Assembly (NCBI GenBank): GCA_038279365.1 | Contig: JAYODI010000057.1 | Location: 15,094 to 39,263, forward strand | From: Candidatus Latescibacterota bacterium | GTDB lineage: Bacteria > Latescibacterota > UBA2968 | Direction of reading: 5' to 3' | DNA: 24,170 nucleotides | In this document: positions 8,010 to 16,783 of the stretch, in pieces | Position numbering within the stretch: position 1 is the stretch's first letter | How the letters are laid out: every line of letters begins with the position of its first letter | The notes under the pieces: generated by a model | The model's database searches: none | What the model saw: only the letters and a program-made list of their open reading frames with translations | Told to the model about the DNA's origin: nothing | Translations under genes and position numbers: made by a program

Positions 8010-11000
8010 ATGTTTGAAAAAGTAGATACCCATGTGAGCTTTCCGAAGGAAGAGGAGAAGGTGCTGGCCTTTTGGGAAGATGTGAAGATGTTTGAAAAGT
8101 CGTTGGAGAATCGGCGGGGGGCACAGGAGTATGTGTTTTATGATGGGCCACCGTTTGCCACGGGGTTGCCGCATTATGGGCATTTGTTGGCAGGCACGAT
8201 TAAGGATGTGATTCCACGCTATCAGACAATGAATGGCAAGTATGTGGATCGGGTGTTTGGATGGGATTGCCATGGTTTGCCGGTGGAATATGAGCTGAGC
8301 CAAGAGTTGGGCCTCAACAGCAAGCACGAAATTGAAGATTATGGTGTGGCCAAATACAATGAGGCGTGTCGGGGCATTGTGTTGCGTTATACAGCAGAGT
8401 GGGAGCAGTTTGTGAAGCGCATTGGCCGGTGGGTCGATTTTGAGAATGGCTACCGGACGATGGACAAAGATTATATGGAATCCATCTGGTGGGTGTTTAA
8501 AGAGCTTTGGGATAAGGGATTGATTTATGAAGGGCATAAGATTTTGCCCTATTGCCCCAAAGACGCCACGCCGTTGTCAAACTTTGAGGCCAATCAGGGT
8601 TATGTGGATGTGCAAGACCCGGCCATTACGGTGGCGTTTCAGTTGAAAGATGAGCCAGGTGTGAAGGTGTTGGCGTGGACAACCACACCGTGGACGTTGC
8701 CATCGAACTTGGCCTTGACGGTGCATGAAGATGTGGATTATGTGTATGTGAAAGATGGTGACGATACGTTTGTTTTGGCTGAAGCACGTGTGGGTGCATA
8801 CTATTCGGCTGAAGCGCCCGAAGTGGTGAAGAAGGTGAAAGGGAAAGATTTGGTAGGGGTGCAATATGAGCCACTGTTCCCTTATTTTGAATCGCTGCGT
8901 GTTGAAGGGGCTTTTAAAATCATTTCGGCAGATTTTGTGACGACGGGTGATGGCACGGGAGTGGTGCATACGGCACCGGGTTTTGGTGAAGACGATGCGG
9001 AGGCTGGGCGGTTGCATGGTGTGCCGTCGGTGTGCCCCATTGATGCGGAGTGTCGGTTTACAAATGAAGTGCCCGAGTATGAAGGGCGATTTGTGAAAGA
9101 CTGTGACAGCGATATTATGCGCCGTTTGAAAGATGAGGGTAAGTTGGTGCATCGCAGTACGCATCAGCACAGTTACCCGCATTGTTGGCGGTGTGAATCG
9201 CCGTTGATCTATCGGGCGATTTCGACTTGGTTTGTGGACATTGGAAAGATCAAAGACAAGATGTTGAAGGCCAATAGCCAGATTCATTGGGTGCCCGAAC
9301 ATATTAAAGAGGGTCGCTTTGGCAACTGGCTGGAAGGTGCGCGCGATTGGGCCATTTCTCGAAACCGATATTGGGGTTGTCCGTTGCCTATTTGGCGCAA
9401 TGAAGAAACGGGTGAAGCTATTTGTGTGGGGTCAATTGGTGAGCTTGAAGAACGCACGGGTGGCAAGTTTGATGATATTCACAAACATTTTATGGACCCA
9501 GTGATTATAGAAGGTGAAACAGGGCCGCTGACACGTGTGCCTGAGGTGTTGGATTGTTGGTTTGAAAGTGGTTCGATGCCCTATGCACAGCGGCATTATC
9601 CGTTTGATAATAAGGATTGGTTGGACAAACATTTCCCAGCAGATTTTATTGCCGAAGGGTTGGACCAAACGCGTGGGTGGTTTTATACGTTGGTGATTTT
9701 GGGTGCGGCCTTATTTGATCGGCCACCGTTTAAGAATGTGGTGGTCAATGGGATGATTTTGGCGGAAGATGGCCGAAAGATGTCGAAGCGTTTGAAGAAT
9801 TATCCCGACCCGATGGAGATTATGAATCAACACGGAGCCGATGCCTTGCGTTTGAATATGTTGTCGTCTCCGGTGGTGCGGGGTGAAAACACAGCGTTTT
9901 CGGAAAAAGGTGTGCAAGAAACGATGCGCAGTGTGATTTTGCCGTTGTGGAATTCGTATAGTTTTTTGGTGACATATGCACGTGTTGATAACTGGCACCC
10001 CGATACGAGTGAGATGGCGGGGCAGGTTGAACACCCATTGGACAGATGGATTCGGGCGCGGTTGAATCATTTGGTGCGCGATATTCGCACGGGTTTGGAT
10101 CATTGTCATTTGCAGACGGCGGCGTTGCAGTTTACGACGTTTATTGACGATTTGACCAACTGGTATATTCGGCGCAGTCGCCGACGTTTTTGGAAGAGTG
10201 ACAACGATGGTGACAAGCTGAGTGCATATGCCACGCTGTATCATGTTTTGTTGACGTTGGTGAAGGCATTGGCTCCTTTTGCGCCGTTTATTACGGAGAC
10301 AATTTATCGCAATTTGCGCTCGGGCGATATGCCTGAGTCGGTGCATTTGTGCGATTATCCGACGGTGCTGGAAGCCGATATGAATGAAGAACTGGAGCGG
10401 CAGATGGCGCATACACGCACGGCGGTTTCATTGGGTCGGTATTTGCGCAGTCAGGCCAGTGCAAAAACACGTCAGCCATTGCGCACAGCAATTTTGGTGT
10501 CTATGCACGATACGGTGCGGGAAGATTTGGAAGCGTTGAAAGATATTGTGATGGATGAGTTGAATGTGAAGACGGTGGAGATTCGTGCCAATGAGGAAGA
10601 TGTGGTGCATTTGAGTGCGAAGGCCAATTTCAAATCTTTGGGGCCAAAGTTGGGTAAAAATATGAAGGTGGCGGCGGCGAAGATTTTGGATTTGTCGTTT
10701 GAAGACATTCAACGTTTGCGTGCTGGGGAACATCTTGCTTTGGAAGTGGAGGGTATGGACCCAGTTGAATTGACGGTGGATGATATTTTGATTCAGCGGG
10801 AAGAAAAAGCAGAAATGGCTGTGGCCAATGAAGGCGACATTACAGTGGCGTTGGATTTGCATTTGGATGCCGATTTGGAGCGCGAAGGTTTGGCACGTGA
10901 GATTGTGCATGTGATTCAAAACTTGCGTAAAGAGAAAGATTTTGATGTGTCGGATCGGATTACAGTTGCTTATGCGGGGTCGGATGATGTGGCTGAGGCT

Positions 11001-11132
11001 GTGGATCAGTTTCGGGATTATATTATGGGGGAAACTTTGTGTACGTCGCTGGAACGGGGTGAGGATGTGGTGGGGGATGTTGTGGAATTTGAAAGGCATT
11101 CGGTGACGTTTTTGGTGGAGAAGGCTGGGTAG
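8010..11132 (+). CDS. ileS: Isoleucine--tRNA ligase, type II (eukaryote-like, IleRS2)
   Basis: DGPPFATGLPHYGH, GWDCHGLPVE, WTTTPWTLPSN, GLDQTRGWFY, KMSKR. Long C-terminal DUF5915-like region without the type I zinc finger. SD AAGGAG. Confidence 0.98.
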   Translation: MFEKVDTHVSFPKEEEKVLAFWEDVKMFEKSLENRRGAQEYVFYDGPPFATGLPHYGHLLAGTIKDVIPRYQTMNGKYVDRVFGWDCHGLPVEYELSQELGLNSKHEIEDYGVAKYNEACRGIVLRYTAEWEQFVKRIGRWVDFENGYRTMDKDYMESIWWVFKELWDKGLIYEGHKILPYCPKDATPLSNFEANQGYVDVQDPAITVAFQLKDEPGVKVLAWTTTPWTLPSNLALTVHEDVDYVYVKDGDDTFVLAEARVGAYYSAEAPEVVKKVKGKDLVGVQYEPLFPYFESLRVEGAFKIISADFVTTGDGTGVVHTAPGFGEDDAEAGRLHGVPSVCPIDAECRFTNEVPEYEGRFVKDCDSDIMRRLKDEGKLVHRSTHQHSYPHCWRCESPLIYRAISTWFVDIGKIKDKMLKANSQIHWVPEHIKEGRFGNWLEGARDWAISRNRYWGCPLPIWRNEETGEAICVGSIGELEERTGGKFDDIHKHFMDPVIIEGETGPLTRVPEVLDCWFESGSMPYAQRHYPFDNKDWLDKHFPADFIAEGLDQTRGWFYTLVILGAALFDRPPFKNVVVNGMILAEDGRKMSKRLKNYPDPMEIMNQHGADALRLNMLSSPVVRGENTAFSEKGVQETMRSVILPLWNSYSFLVTYARVDNWHPDTSEMAGQVEHPLDRWIRARLNHLVRDIRTGLDHCHLQTAALQFTTFIDDLTNWYIRRSRRRFWKSDNDGDKLSAYATLYHVLLTLVKALAPFAPFITETIYRNLRSGDMPESVHLCDYPTVLEADMNEELERQMAHTRTAVSLGRYLRSQASAKTRQPLRTAILVSMHDTVREDLEALKDIVMDELNVKTVEIRANEEDVVHLSAKANFKSLGPKLGKNMKVAAAKILDLSFEDIQRLRAGEHLALEVEGMDPVELTVDDILIQREEKAEMAVANEGDITVALDLHLDADLEREGLAREIVHVIQNLRKEKDFDVSDRITVAYAGSDDVAEAVDQFRDYIMGETLCTSLERGEDVVGDVVEFERHSVTFLVEKAG

Positions 11133-11153
11133 GTAACAATTATGTTTAGTGAG

Positions 11154-11190
11154 AAAGGTCGTGCATCTGGGGATGCACGACCCTTTTTTT
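11154..11190 (+). terminator. Intrinsic terminator after ileS
   Basis: GGTCGTGCATC-tggg-GATGCACGACC followed by a T7 tract. Confidence 0.9.
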
Positions 11191-11407
11191 GCCTGCGGCG
11201 CATTACTTTTTTCAACAGCCAAAAAAGTAATCAAAAAGGCTGCCGCTGCGCGGGGCTTTAAATTGTGTTCAGTGTTTATTTCAGGCTGAAACCACCCTCA
11301 CCTGCCCGTGCCGTTCCCACCCTTCCGCATATTTCATATGCCCCTGCCGCACACACCCAAAGGCCACCACACCAACGGCACAACGGCCCCTTCCACCGTG
11401 GGTGGGA
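11188..11407. repeat. Dispersed structured element, copy 1
   Basis: TTTGCCTGCGGCGCATTAC-T6-CAACAGCC-A6-GTAATCAAAAAGGCTGCC, homologous to 24102-24170 and 15475-15536, followed by further hairpins. The right boundary is approximate. Confidence 0.7.
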
Positions 11408-11625
11408 TTGAAGTTTTGTTAAAATAATTCAGTTTAGATTTGATTCGGTTTTGACTTTTGGTCCGAAGGACTTTGTAATGATCGCGCTGGCATTTATTCC
11501 GGCGTGATGGTGGTGCGATTACCGAAGTGATTTTTGAGTTTTGAAGTTGATTTAATTGTGCTTAAAATGTGGTGAATGATGTTTTGGGGTAGTGTTAGTG
11601 AGATATGTCATAGATTGAGGTGTGT

Positions 11626-12399
11626 ATGATTTCGGTTGCGTATAATGTTTTTAGTTTTGAGGGGTATGTACATCGACCAGAATGGGTGCGGGGGAAGGTG
11701 GGGGGGAAGCTTTCGGGGGATGGGGCGCGGGAGATTGGGCGGGCGTTGCAAGCTTATGCGCCAGATATTGTGACGACGAGTGAGTCGCGCAATGAAGGGG
11801 CGGTTGCGGCGTTGGCAGAGGCGATGGGGTTTGCGTATGTGTATTTTCCAAGCCCGGGTTTGTGGCCGGGGGGATTGGTGACGCGGTATAAAATATTAGA
11901 GAGTGAGAATTGTCCGTTGGGAGGCAGGCGACGGGCGGATCTTTTTACGCGGCATTGGGGGCGGGCTGTTTTGGAAGGTGATGATGGGAAGCCGTTCATT
12001 GTACACAGCGTGCATACTTATGCGCAGTGGGCCGATGTGCGGCATTGGGAGGTGAAGCAGATTTTGGATGTGGTGCGGCGTGATCTTGCGACGGGGCATT
12101 CGGTGATTGTGCAGGGAGACTTGAATCATACGCCTAATGGGCCAGAGTACGATTTGTGGTTGGATGCGGGGTTGGTGGATACGTTTTCTCAGATGCATGG
12201 TGATACGGATGATGGGAAGACTTTGTTGCGGCCGCAACCGAGGGCGCGGTTGGATTATGTGTTGGCTGGTGGGGCGATTGTGGATCAGTTGGTAGAGGCG
12301 CGGCCATTGTATGAAGATGATTTTCGGTTGTATGAAGATCGCCCTGATTTTGTGGCGTTGAGTGATCATTTGCCGCAGTTGGCAAGGTTTGATAGATGA
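11626..12399 (+). CDS. Endonuclease/exonuclease/phosphatase (EEP) family protein
   Basis: YNV, PDIVTTSE, SVH, IVQGDLNH, LVDTF, RLDYV, SDHLP motifs. ATG at 11626 follows GAGG. Confidence 0.9.
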   Translation: MISVAYNVFSFEGYVHRPEWVRGKVGGKLSGDGAREIGRALQAYAPDIVTTSESRNEGAVAALAEAMGFAYVYFPSPGLWPGGLVTRYKILESENCPLGGRRRADLFTRHWGRAVLEGDDGKPFIVHSVHTYAQWADVRHWEVKQILDVVRRDLATGHSVIVQGDLNHTPNGPEYDLWLDAGLVDTFSQMHGDTDDGKTLLRPQPRARLDYVLAGGAIVDQLVEARPLYEDDFRLYEDRPDFVALSDHLPQLARFDR

Positions 12400-12420
12400 G
12401 TTTGGATGGTGGTTTTTGGG

Positions 12421-12463
12421 ATAAAAAAAGCGTGTTCAAAATGAACACGCTTTTTTATTTTTT
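12421..12463. terminator. Bidirectional intrinsic terminator
   Basis: AAAAAAAGCGTGTTCA-aaa-TGAACACGCTTTTTT between convergent genes. Confidence 0.9.
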
Positions 12464-12474
12464 GGTGTGATGGA

Positions 12475-13641
12475 TTAGAATGCGACGTTGGTCATGAAAT
12501 AGGCGGCTTTCAAGTCGTCGTTGAGGCGGCCAATGTCGGCGAGGGCTTGTTTGGCAATGACGTAAGAGGCACCGCCTACAAAGGTGACTTCTGTGCTGTA
12601 TTTGTAGGTGAGGGTGAGGTCTATTTCTTCACCGAGGTGTTTGCCAGATGCGGTACCTTGTTTGGCTAAGAAAAAGGCGTGTGCGTCTAAACCCAGTTTG
12701 ATGCCGTTGTTTAAGGGGGCAGAAAATTTGATGGCCATGTCTTGCAGGCCCAGCCCACCTGTGTGAACGGGAATGTTGAGAAAGAGATCGGCAAAGCCAT
12801 AAAATTTGTGGTTGGTGGCAAAGAGGGTGTCGAAGACTTTGAGTTTGCTGTCTGTGGGATTGTCGTCGCCAGAGAGGTAATCATACCAAAGTGTGAGGGT
12901 TGATTTGCCAAGTGGGAATGCAATTCGTCCACCGAACATAAAAGCAGAGACGTCGGTGCCACCGCGTTCGCCTGTTTGATAGGAGCCCTCAAGACGAAGG
13001 GGCATTGCTTGCAATGTGCTGACCCATCTTACACCAAGTGTGTATTGGTTGGTGGATGTGGCAACACGGTTGTAGATGCCATATAGGTCGATGCCTGATT
13101 TGGTGGTGGCGTAGATGCTTGAAAGGTAGGCATTGTTGGTGATGCCTGTGGCGGTTGCATCGGATAAGCGAATGCCCAAGATGTCTATGCTTCCCCATTG
13201 GGGTTTAAGCATGACGCGAAGACCATCGAAGGAACGGCCTTGCTGGGTCCATTCGACGGCACCGATGAGGCGTTGGCCACCCAATGAAATGGCTTGGCGG
13301 CCTGCACGAATAGAGATGGGCGAATTGTTGATGGTGTTGAGGGTGACGTAACCTTGGTGGAGGTCAAAGTTGTTGGCGTTAAAATCACTGAGTGTGTTGG
13401 TTTCTTCACCCCAAAGACGCACATCTTGGAACTGGATAAAGGCGTCGACATTTTTGTCGAGGGTGGCGTTGATGTGCGCGCGTATGCGCATGGAGGTAAA
13501 GGTATCGTAACCACCGCCTACGGGATCGAGAAATTCGGCACGGGGTCGTATTTGACCGCCGATGGTGATTTCTTTGGCTGAAGCAATTCCTGTTGAAACA
13601 ATCAGCATGACAATCATGCCCCACATCCGATTTTGCATCAC
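12475..13641 (-). CDS. Outer-membrane beta-barrel, alginate export (AlgE-like) family
   Basis: Signal peptide, GQIRPRAE, QFQDVRLWG, DLHQGY, GRQAISLGGQRLIGAVEW, RSFDG, YDYLSGDD, TNHKFYGFAD, LGEEIDL, and a C-terminal Phe. Confidence 0.85.
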   Translation of the reverse strand: MMQNRMWGMIVMLIVSTGIASAKEITIGGQIRPRAEFLDPVGGGYDTFTSMRIRAHINATLDKNVDAFIQFQDVRLWGEETNTLSDFNANNFDLHQGYVTLNTINNSPISIRAGRQAISLGGQRLIGAVEWTQQGRSFDGLRVMLKPQWGSIDILGIRLSDATATGITNNAYLSSIYATTKSGIDLYGIYNRVATSTNQYTLGVRWVSTLQAMPLRLEGSYQTGERGGTDVSAFMFGGRIAFPLGKSTLTLWYDYLSGDDNPTDSKLKVFDTLFATNHKFYGFADLFLNIPVHTGGLGLQDMAIKFSAPLNNGIKLGLDAHAFFLAKQGTASGKHLGEEIDLTLTYKYSTEVTFVGGASYVIAKQALADIGRLNDDLKAAYFMTNVAF

Positions 13642-13738
13642 ATCCCCCTTGTTTGGTATTTATTTGTTGACGTAGCCAGTGGTTTTGGCTATTTATGATT
13701 AAGCTACCTTTTTATCAAAATTTAATACAAGGTTTGTT

Positions 13739-14173
13739 ATGTTATTTTCTAAAGCGTGTGAGTATGGCATTCGTGCGATGTTGTTTTTGGCTTCTCAAGC
13801 AGATGACAAGCCTGTGCGTGTGCGCGAGATTGCCGAGACGTTAAAAATTCCCATTCCTTTTTTGTCTAAGATTGTACATTCTTTGTCACGCAATGAGTTG
13901 ATTCATTCGCAAAAAGGACCAGGTGGTGGGGTAACACTGGCCAAAGCACCTTCGGAAATTACTTTGCTACAGGTGGTAGAAGTGATTGATGGTGTGAATT
14001 TGTTTCAGGCCTGCGCTTTGGGTATTCCGCATTGTTCAGATGATTTTCCTTGCCCGTTACATGGTCAGTGGCGCACATTGCGCACGGAAATTCAGAATAT
14101 GTTGACCAATCGCACATTGGATCAGATTACGGATCAGTTGCATGCGCGAGGGTGGATTTTGGTTCGGGATTAA
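13739..14173 (+). CDS. Rrf2 family transcriptional regulator (Fe-S binding, IscR/NsrR-like)
   Basis: SKACEYGIRAM, wHTH 'EIAETLKIPIPFLSKI', SQKGPGGG, and three Cys in CALGIPHCSDDFPCPLH. Confidence 0.93.
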   Translation: MLFSKACEYGIRAMLFLASQADDKPVRVREIAETLKIPIPFLSKIVHSLSRNELIHSQKGPGGGVTLAKAPSEITLLQVVEVIDGVNLFQACALGIPHCSDDFPCPLHGQWRTLRTEIQNMLTNRTLDQITDQLHARGWILVRD

Positions 14174-14189
14174 ATTTAACCCATATGGT

Positions 14190-15440
14190 TTATGATGTTT
14201 GGGCAGCCGTTTGCGGTTGCCCTTCTTTTTTGGGTATGAGTGGGCTCCGCGATTGGCCCAATTCGATGGGCAATGCCACACGAATGAGCACGGTGAATAC
14301 AAACAGGCCCATGGCCCAAATGCCAAAGGTGACACAAATTTCTACCCATGTGGGCATGTATTCGACGATTTCACCTAATGGTGACGGGATGAAACCGGGA
14401 ATGACAAGCCCCAACCCCTTTTCCATCCAGATGGCGACAAATAAGAGCAAACACGCCGGAAAGAGCAGGTGTTGTTTGCGCCGTAAGGGATGTAGGGTAA
14501 GGATCAGGGTTGCGGTGACGTTGAGGAAGATGGCGGTCCAAATCCAGGGAACGAGTGCGTTGTGACCGTGGAGGCCAAAAAAGAGATATTGGGCACTGAG
14601 GCTGTGGTGTGTGGGAAAGTAAAATTCTTTGAAGAGTTCGGAGCCGAGCATGAGCAAGTTGATTTGGGCAGCGGCAGTGGCAATCATTGCGAGTTTGGAA
14701 AAGGTTTCATCTTGGATGTGATACTCGGTGTGGTTGCGTATAAAACCGAGGGTGAGGATCATGAATGCTGGGCCAGCGGCAAAGGCCGATGCAAGAAAGC
14801 GTGGTCCTAAGAGAGAGCTGTTCCAGAAGGGGCGTGCGGGTAAACCGGCCAATAAAAAGGCGGTGACCATGTGAATGGCGACGGCCCAGAACACAGAGAG
14901 ATAGACAAAGGGCAAGTAGTGTTTTTTGTCGGGGGTGCGGCCACAATAATGTTTGTAGAGGATGTAGAGAGGTATGGATAGGTTGAGGGCGAGGTATCCG
15001 TTGAGTACGAGCACGTCCCAGGCTAAGAGGGATTTGGGAAAATTGAAATAACCGATCATGGGGATGAGGTGCCAGGCGCGATGGGGGCCACCGAGGTCTG
15101 CAATTACAAAGCTTAAACACATGATGAGTGCCGAGACGGCGACGCCTTCGCCAATGAGTACAGCTTTGGCAAAATCGACATCTTTGAGGACGTAGGAGGG
15201 CATGACGATCATGACGGCTGCTGCGGCTAGGCCAACGAGGAATGTGAAGTTGGAGATGTAGAGGCCCCAACTGACGTGGTCGTTCATGCCAGTGACGATG
15301 AGGCCGTCGCGCAGTTGGATGGAGTAGGCGTATGCGCCGATGAACATGATGGCTGTGAGGGTGCCCATCCAGAGGTGGTATTTTCGGCCACCGCTTGTGG
15401 CGGCCGTGAGGGCATCTTTTAGGAAATGTATGAGGTGCAT
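14190..15440 (-). CDS. NrfD/PsrC-family quinol-interacting membrane subunit, DsrP-like
   Basis: GLIVTGMNDHVSWGLYISNFTFLVG, ADLG.P.R, SLLAWDVLVLNGYL, PARPFWN, PRFLASAFAAGPA, EKGLGLVIPGFIPSPLGEIVEYMPT. About 10 TM helices. ATG at 15440 follows GGAG. Confidence 0.92.
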   Translation of the reverse strand: MHLIHFLKDALTAATSGGRKYHLWMGTLTAIMFIGAYAYSIQLRDGLIVTGMNDHVSWGLYISNFTFLVGLAAAAVMIVMPSYVLKDVDFAKAVLIGEGVAVSALIMCLSFVIADLGGPHRAWHLIPMIGYFNFPKSLLAWDVLVLNGYLALNLSIPLYILYKHYCGRTPDKKHYLPFVYLSVFWAVAIHMVTAFLLAGLPARPFWNSSLLGPRFLASAFAAGPAFMILTLGFIRNHTEYHIQDETFSKLAMIATAAAQINLLMLGSELFKEFYFPTHHSLSAQYLFFGLHGHNALVPWIWTAIFLNVTATLILTLHPLRRKQHLLFPACLLLFVAIWMEKGLGLVIPGFIPSPLGEIVEYMPTWVEICVTFGIWAMGLFVFTVLIRVALPIELGQSRSPLIPKKEGQPQTAAQTS

Positions 15441-15474
15441 GTAAAGCTCCGTTTGTTCACGGCCCAATGTCACC

Positions 15475-15650
15475 TTGCCTTCGGCGACCTCCTTTTGTAA
15501 CGACACAAAAGGAGGCAAAAAGTCGCCCCTCAAGTGCTGGGGAGGCTGATTTTCCGCAAATTACTTTTGGAGATGCTCAAAGGCATTTAGCCTGTTGCCG
15601 CAGTGCTTTTAAATGACAAAGAGCTGGACGGAATGGCGCGGAAAATCATG
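15475..15650. repeat. Dispersed structured element, copy 3 (diverged), inside the nap operon
   Basis: TTGCCTTCGGCGAC-CTCCTTTTGT-aacgac-ACAAAAGGAG-GCAAAAAGTCGCCCCTCAAGTG, plus the inverted pair TGATTTTCCGC (15547) / GCGGAAAATCA (15638). Confidence 0.7.
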
Positions 15651-15676
15651 ATGGCTTTTGGTGATGGGTGTGTGAG

Positions 15677-16723
15677 TTAGTCCATGAAGTACCAGAATTT
15701 GGGGTCGGTGCCGAGTTCTTCTTTGAGGCGGAATACTTTTTTGTTTTCTAAGACGTATCGAATTTCGCTGTTGGGATCGAGAAGGTTGCCAAAGACGCGG
15801 GCGCCTGTGGGACAGGCTTCGGCGCAGGCGGGTAGGCGACCTTCTCTGGTGCGTTGGAGGCAGAAGGTGCATTTTTCCATGACGCCTTTTTTACGCAGTC
15901 GATTGCTTAAGTAATGTTGTACGGGGTTGATTTCGTTTTGGGGGACTTTGGGTTCGTTCCAGTTGAATCGGCGTGCCCAATAAGGGCAGGCGGCTTCGCA
16001 GTAGCGACAGCCAATGCACCAGTCGTAGTCGACTACGGTGATGCCGTCGGGTTCTTTCCAGGTGGCACCCACGGGGCAGACGTCTACGCAGGGTGGGTTT
16101 TCACATTGGAAACATTGGGTGCCCATGTAGAAGTGGCCTTCGGCGGGTACTTGATGGACGTATTCGGCAGTGCCGTCTTCAAGGTCAAATTTGCCTTTGG
16201 TCATTTCAAAGATGCGGATGTATTGCATGTTGGTGCTGCGGTCTTGGTTGTTTTCTTTGATGCAGGCATCGACACAGTTGCGATAGCCTTTGCATTTGGA
16301 GATGTTGAAGGCATATCCATATAACACGCCGGGGAGCGCATCTCCGGCTTTTATTTTGGCATTGACGCCATGTTGGAGTTGGGCGAGGCGTTCTAAGCGG
16401 TGGATGGTGTCGGCTTTGTCTTTTTCGCTCATGAGGCGAAAGTTGCCTTTGAAATATTCTTCCCATTCTAAGAGTTTTTGTTCTTTTTGCGCTTCGTCGG
16501 TAAGTGGGCTTGCGTGGGCTTGTACGGTGGCACCTGCAAGGCCGAGTCCTTTGAAGAGCATGCCCAAGGCACCGCGACGATCCATGGGTTTGTTGAGTGC
16601 GGTGTTGTCGGGTTCTATTTGGAGGAGGTCTTTGTTGTTTGATCCACACCCACAGGAAGACCCACATTCGGATGGGGTTGGGGGCGGTGCTTTGACGAAG
16701 CGTTTGAGGATGCGATTGATCAT
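15677..16723 (-). CDS. Tat-exported 4Fe-4S dicluster protein, NrfC/DsrO/PsrB-like
   Basis: Twin-arginine motif DRRGALGML. Cys groups CKGYRNCVDAC, CFQCENPPCVDVCP, CIGCRYCEAACP, CTFC...CAEACP, and C-terminal ELGTDP. Confidence 0.93.
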   Translation of the reverse strand: MINRILKRFVKAPPPTPSECGSSCGCGSNNKDLLQIEPDNTALNKPMDRRGALGMLFKGLGLAGATVQAHASPLTDEAQKEQKLLEWEEYFKGNFRLMSEKDKADTIHRLERLAQLQHGVNAKIKAGDALPGVLYGYAFNISKCKGYRNCVDACIKENNQDRSTNMQYIRIFEMTKGKFDLEDGTAEYVHQVPAEGHFYMGTQCFQCENPPCVDVCPVGATWKEPDGITVVDYDWCIGCRYCEAACPYWARRFNWNEPKVPQNEINPVQHYLSNRLRKKGVMEKCTFCLQRTREGRLPACAEACPTGARVFGNLLDPNSEIRYVLENKKVFRLKEELGTDPKFWYFMD

Positions 16724-16783
16724 GGTGTGATGCCTTTATGTGTTCAGGACAATGCCTGACATTGAAGGTGCTGAATGATGACT

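Noticed and set aside
7992-11234. Long antisense ORFs opposite ileS (181, 241, 233, 268 aa)
   Set aside because: Shadow frames caused by codon bias of the sense gene, with no recognisable motifs.
15441-15533. 31-aa N-terminal extension of the NrfD protein
   Set aside because: It is a read-through of the structured repeat. The ATG at 15440 has a good SD.
14190-16723. Dissimilatory sulfur metabolism (dsr) call from the DsrP/DsrO-like genes
   Set aside because: No dsrAB, dsrMK or dsrC in the window, and the genes are embedded in a nap operon.
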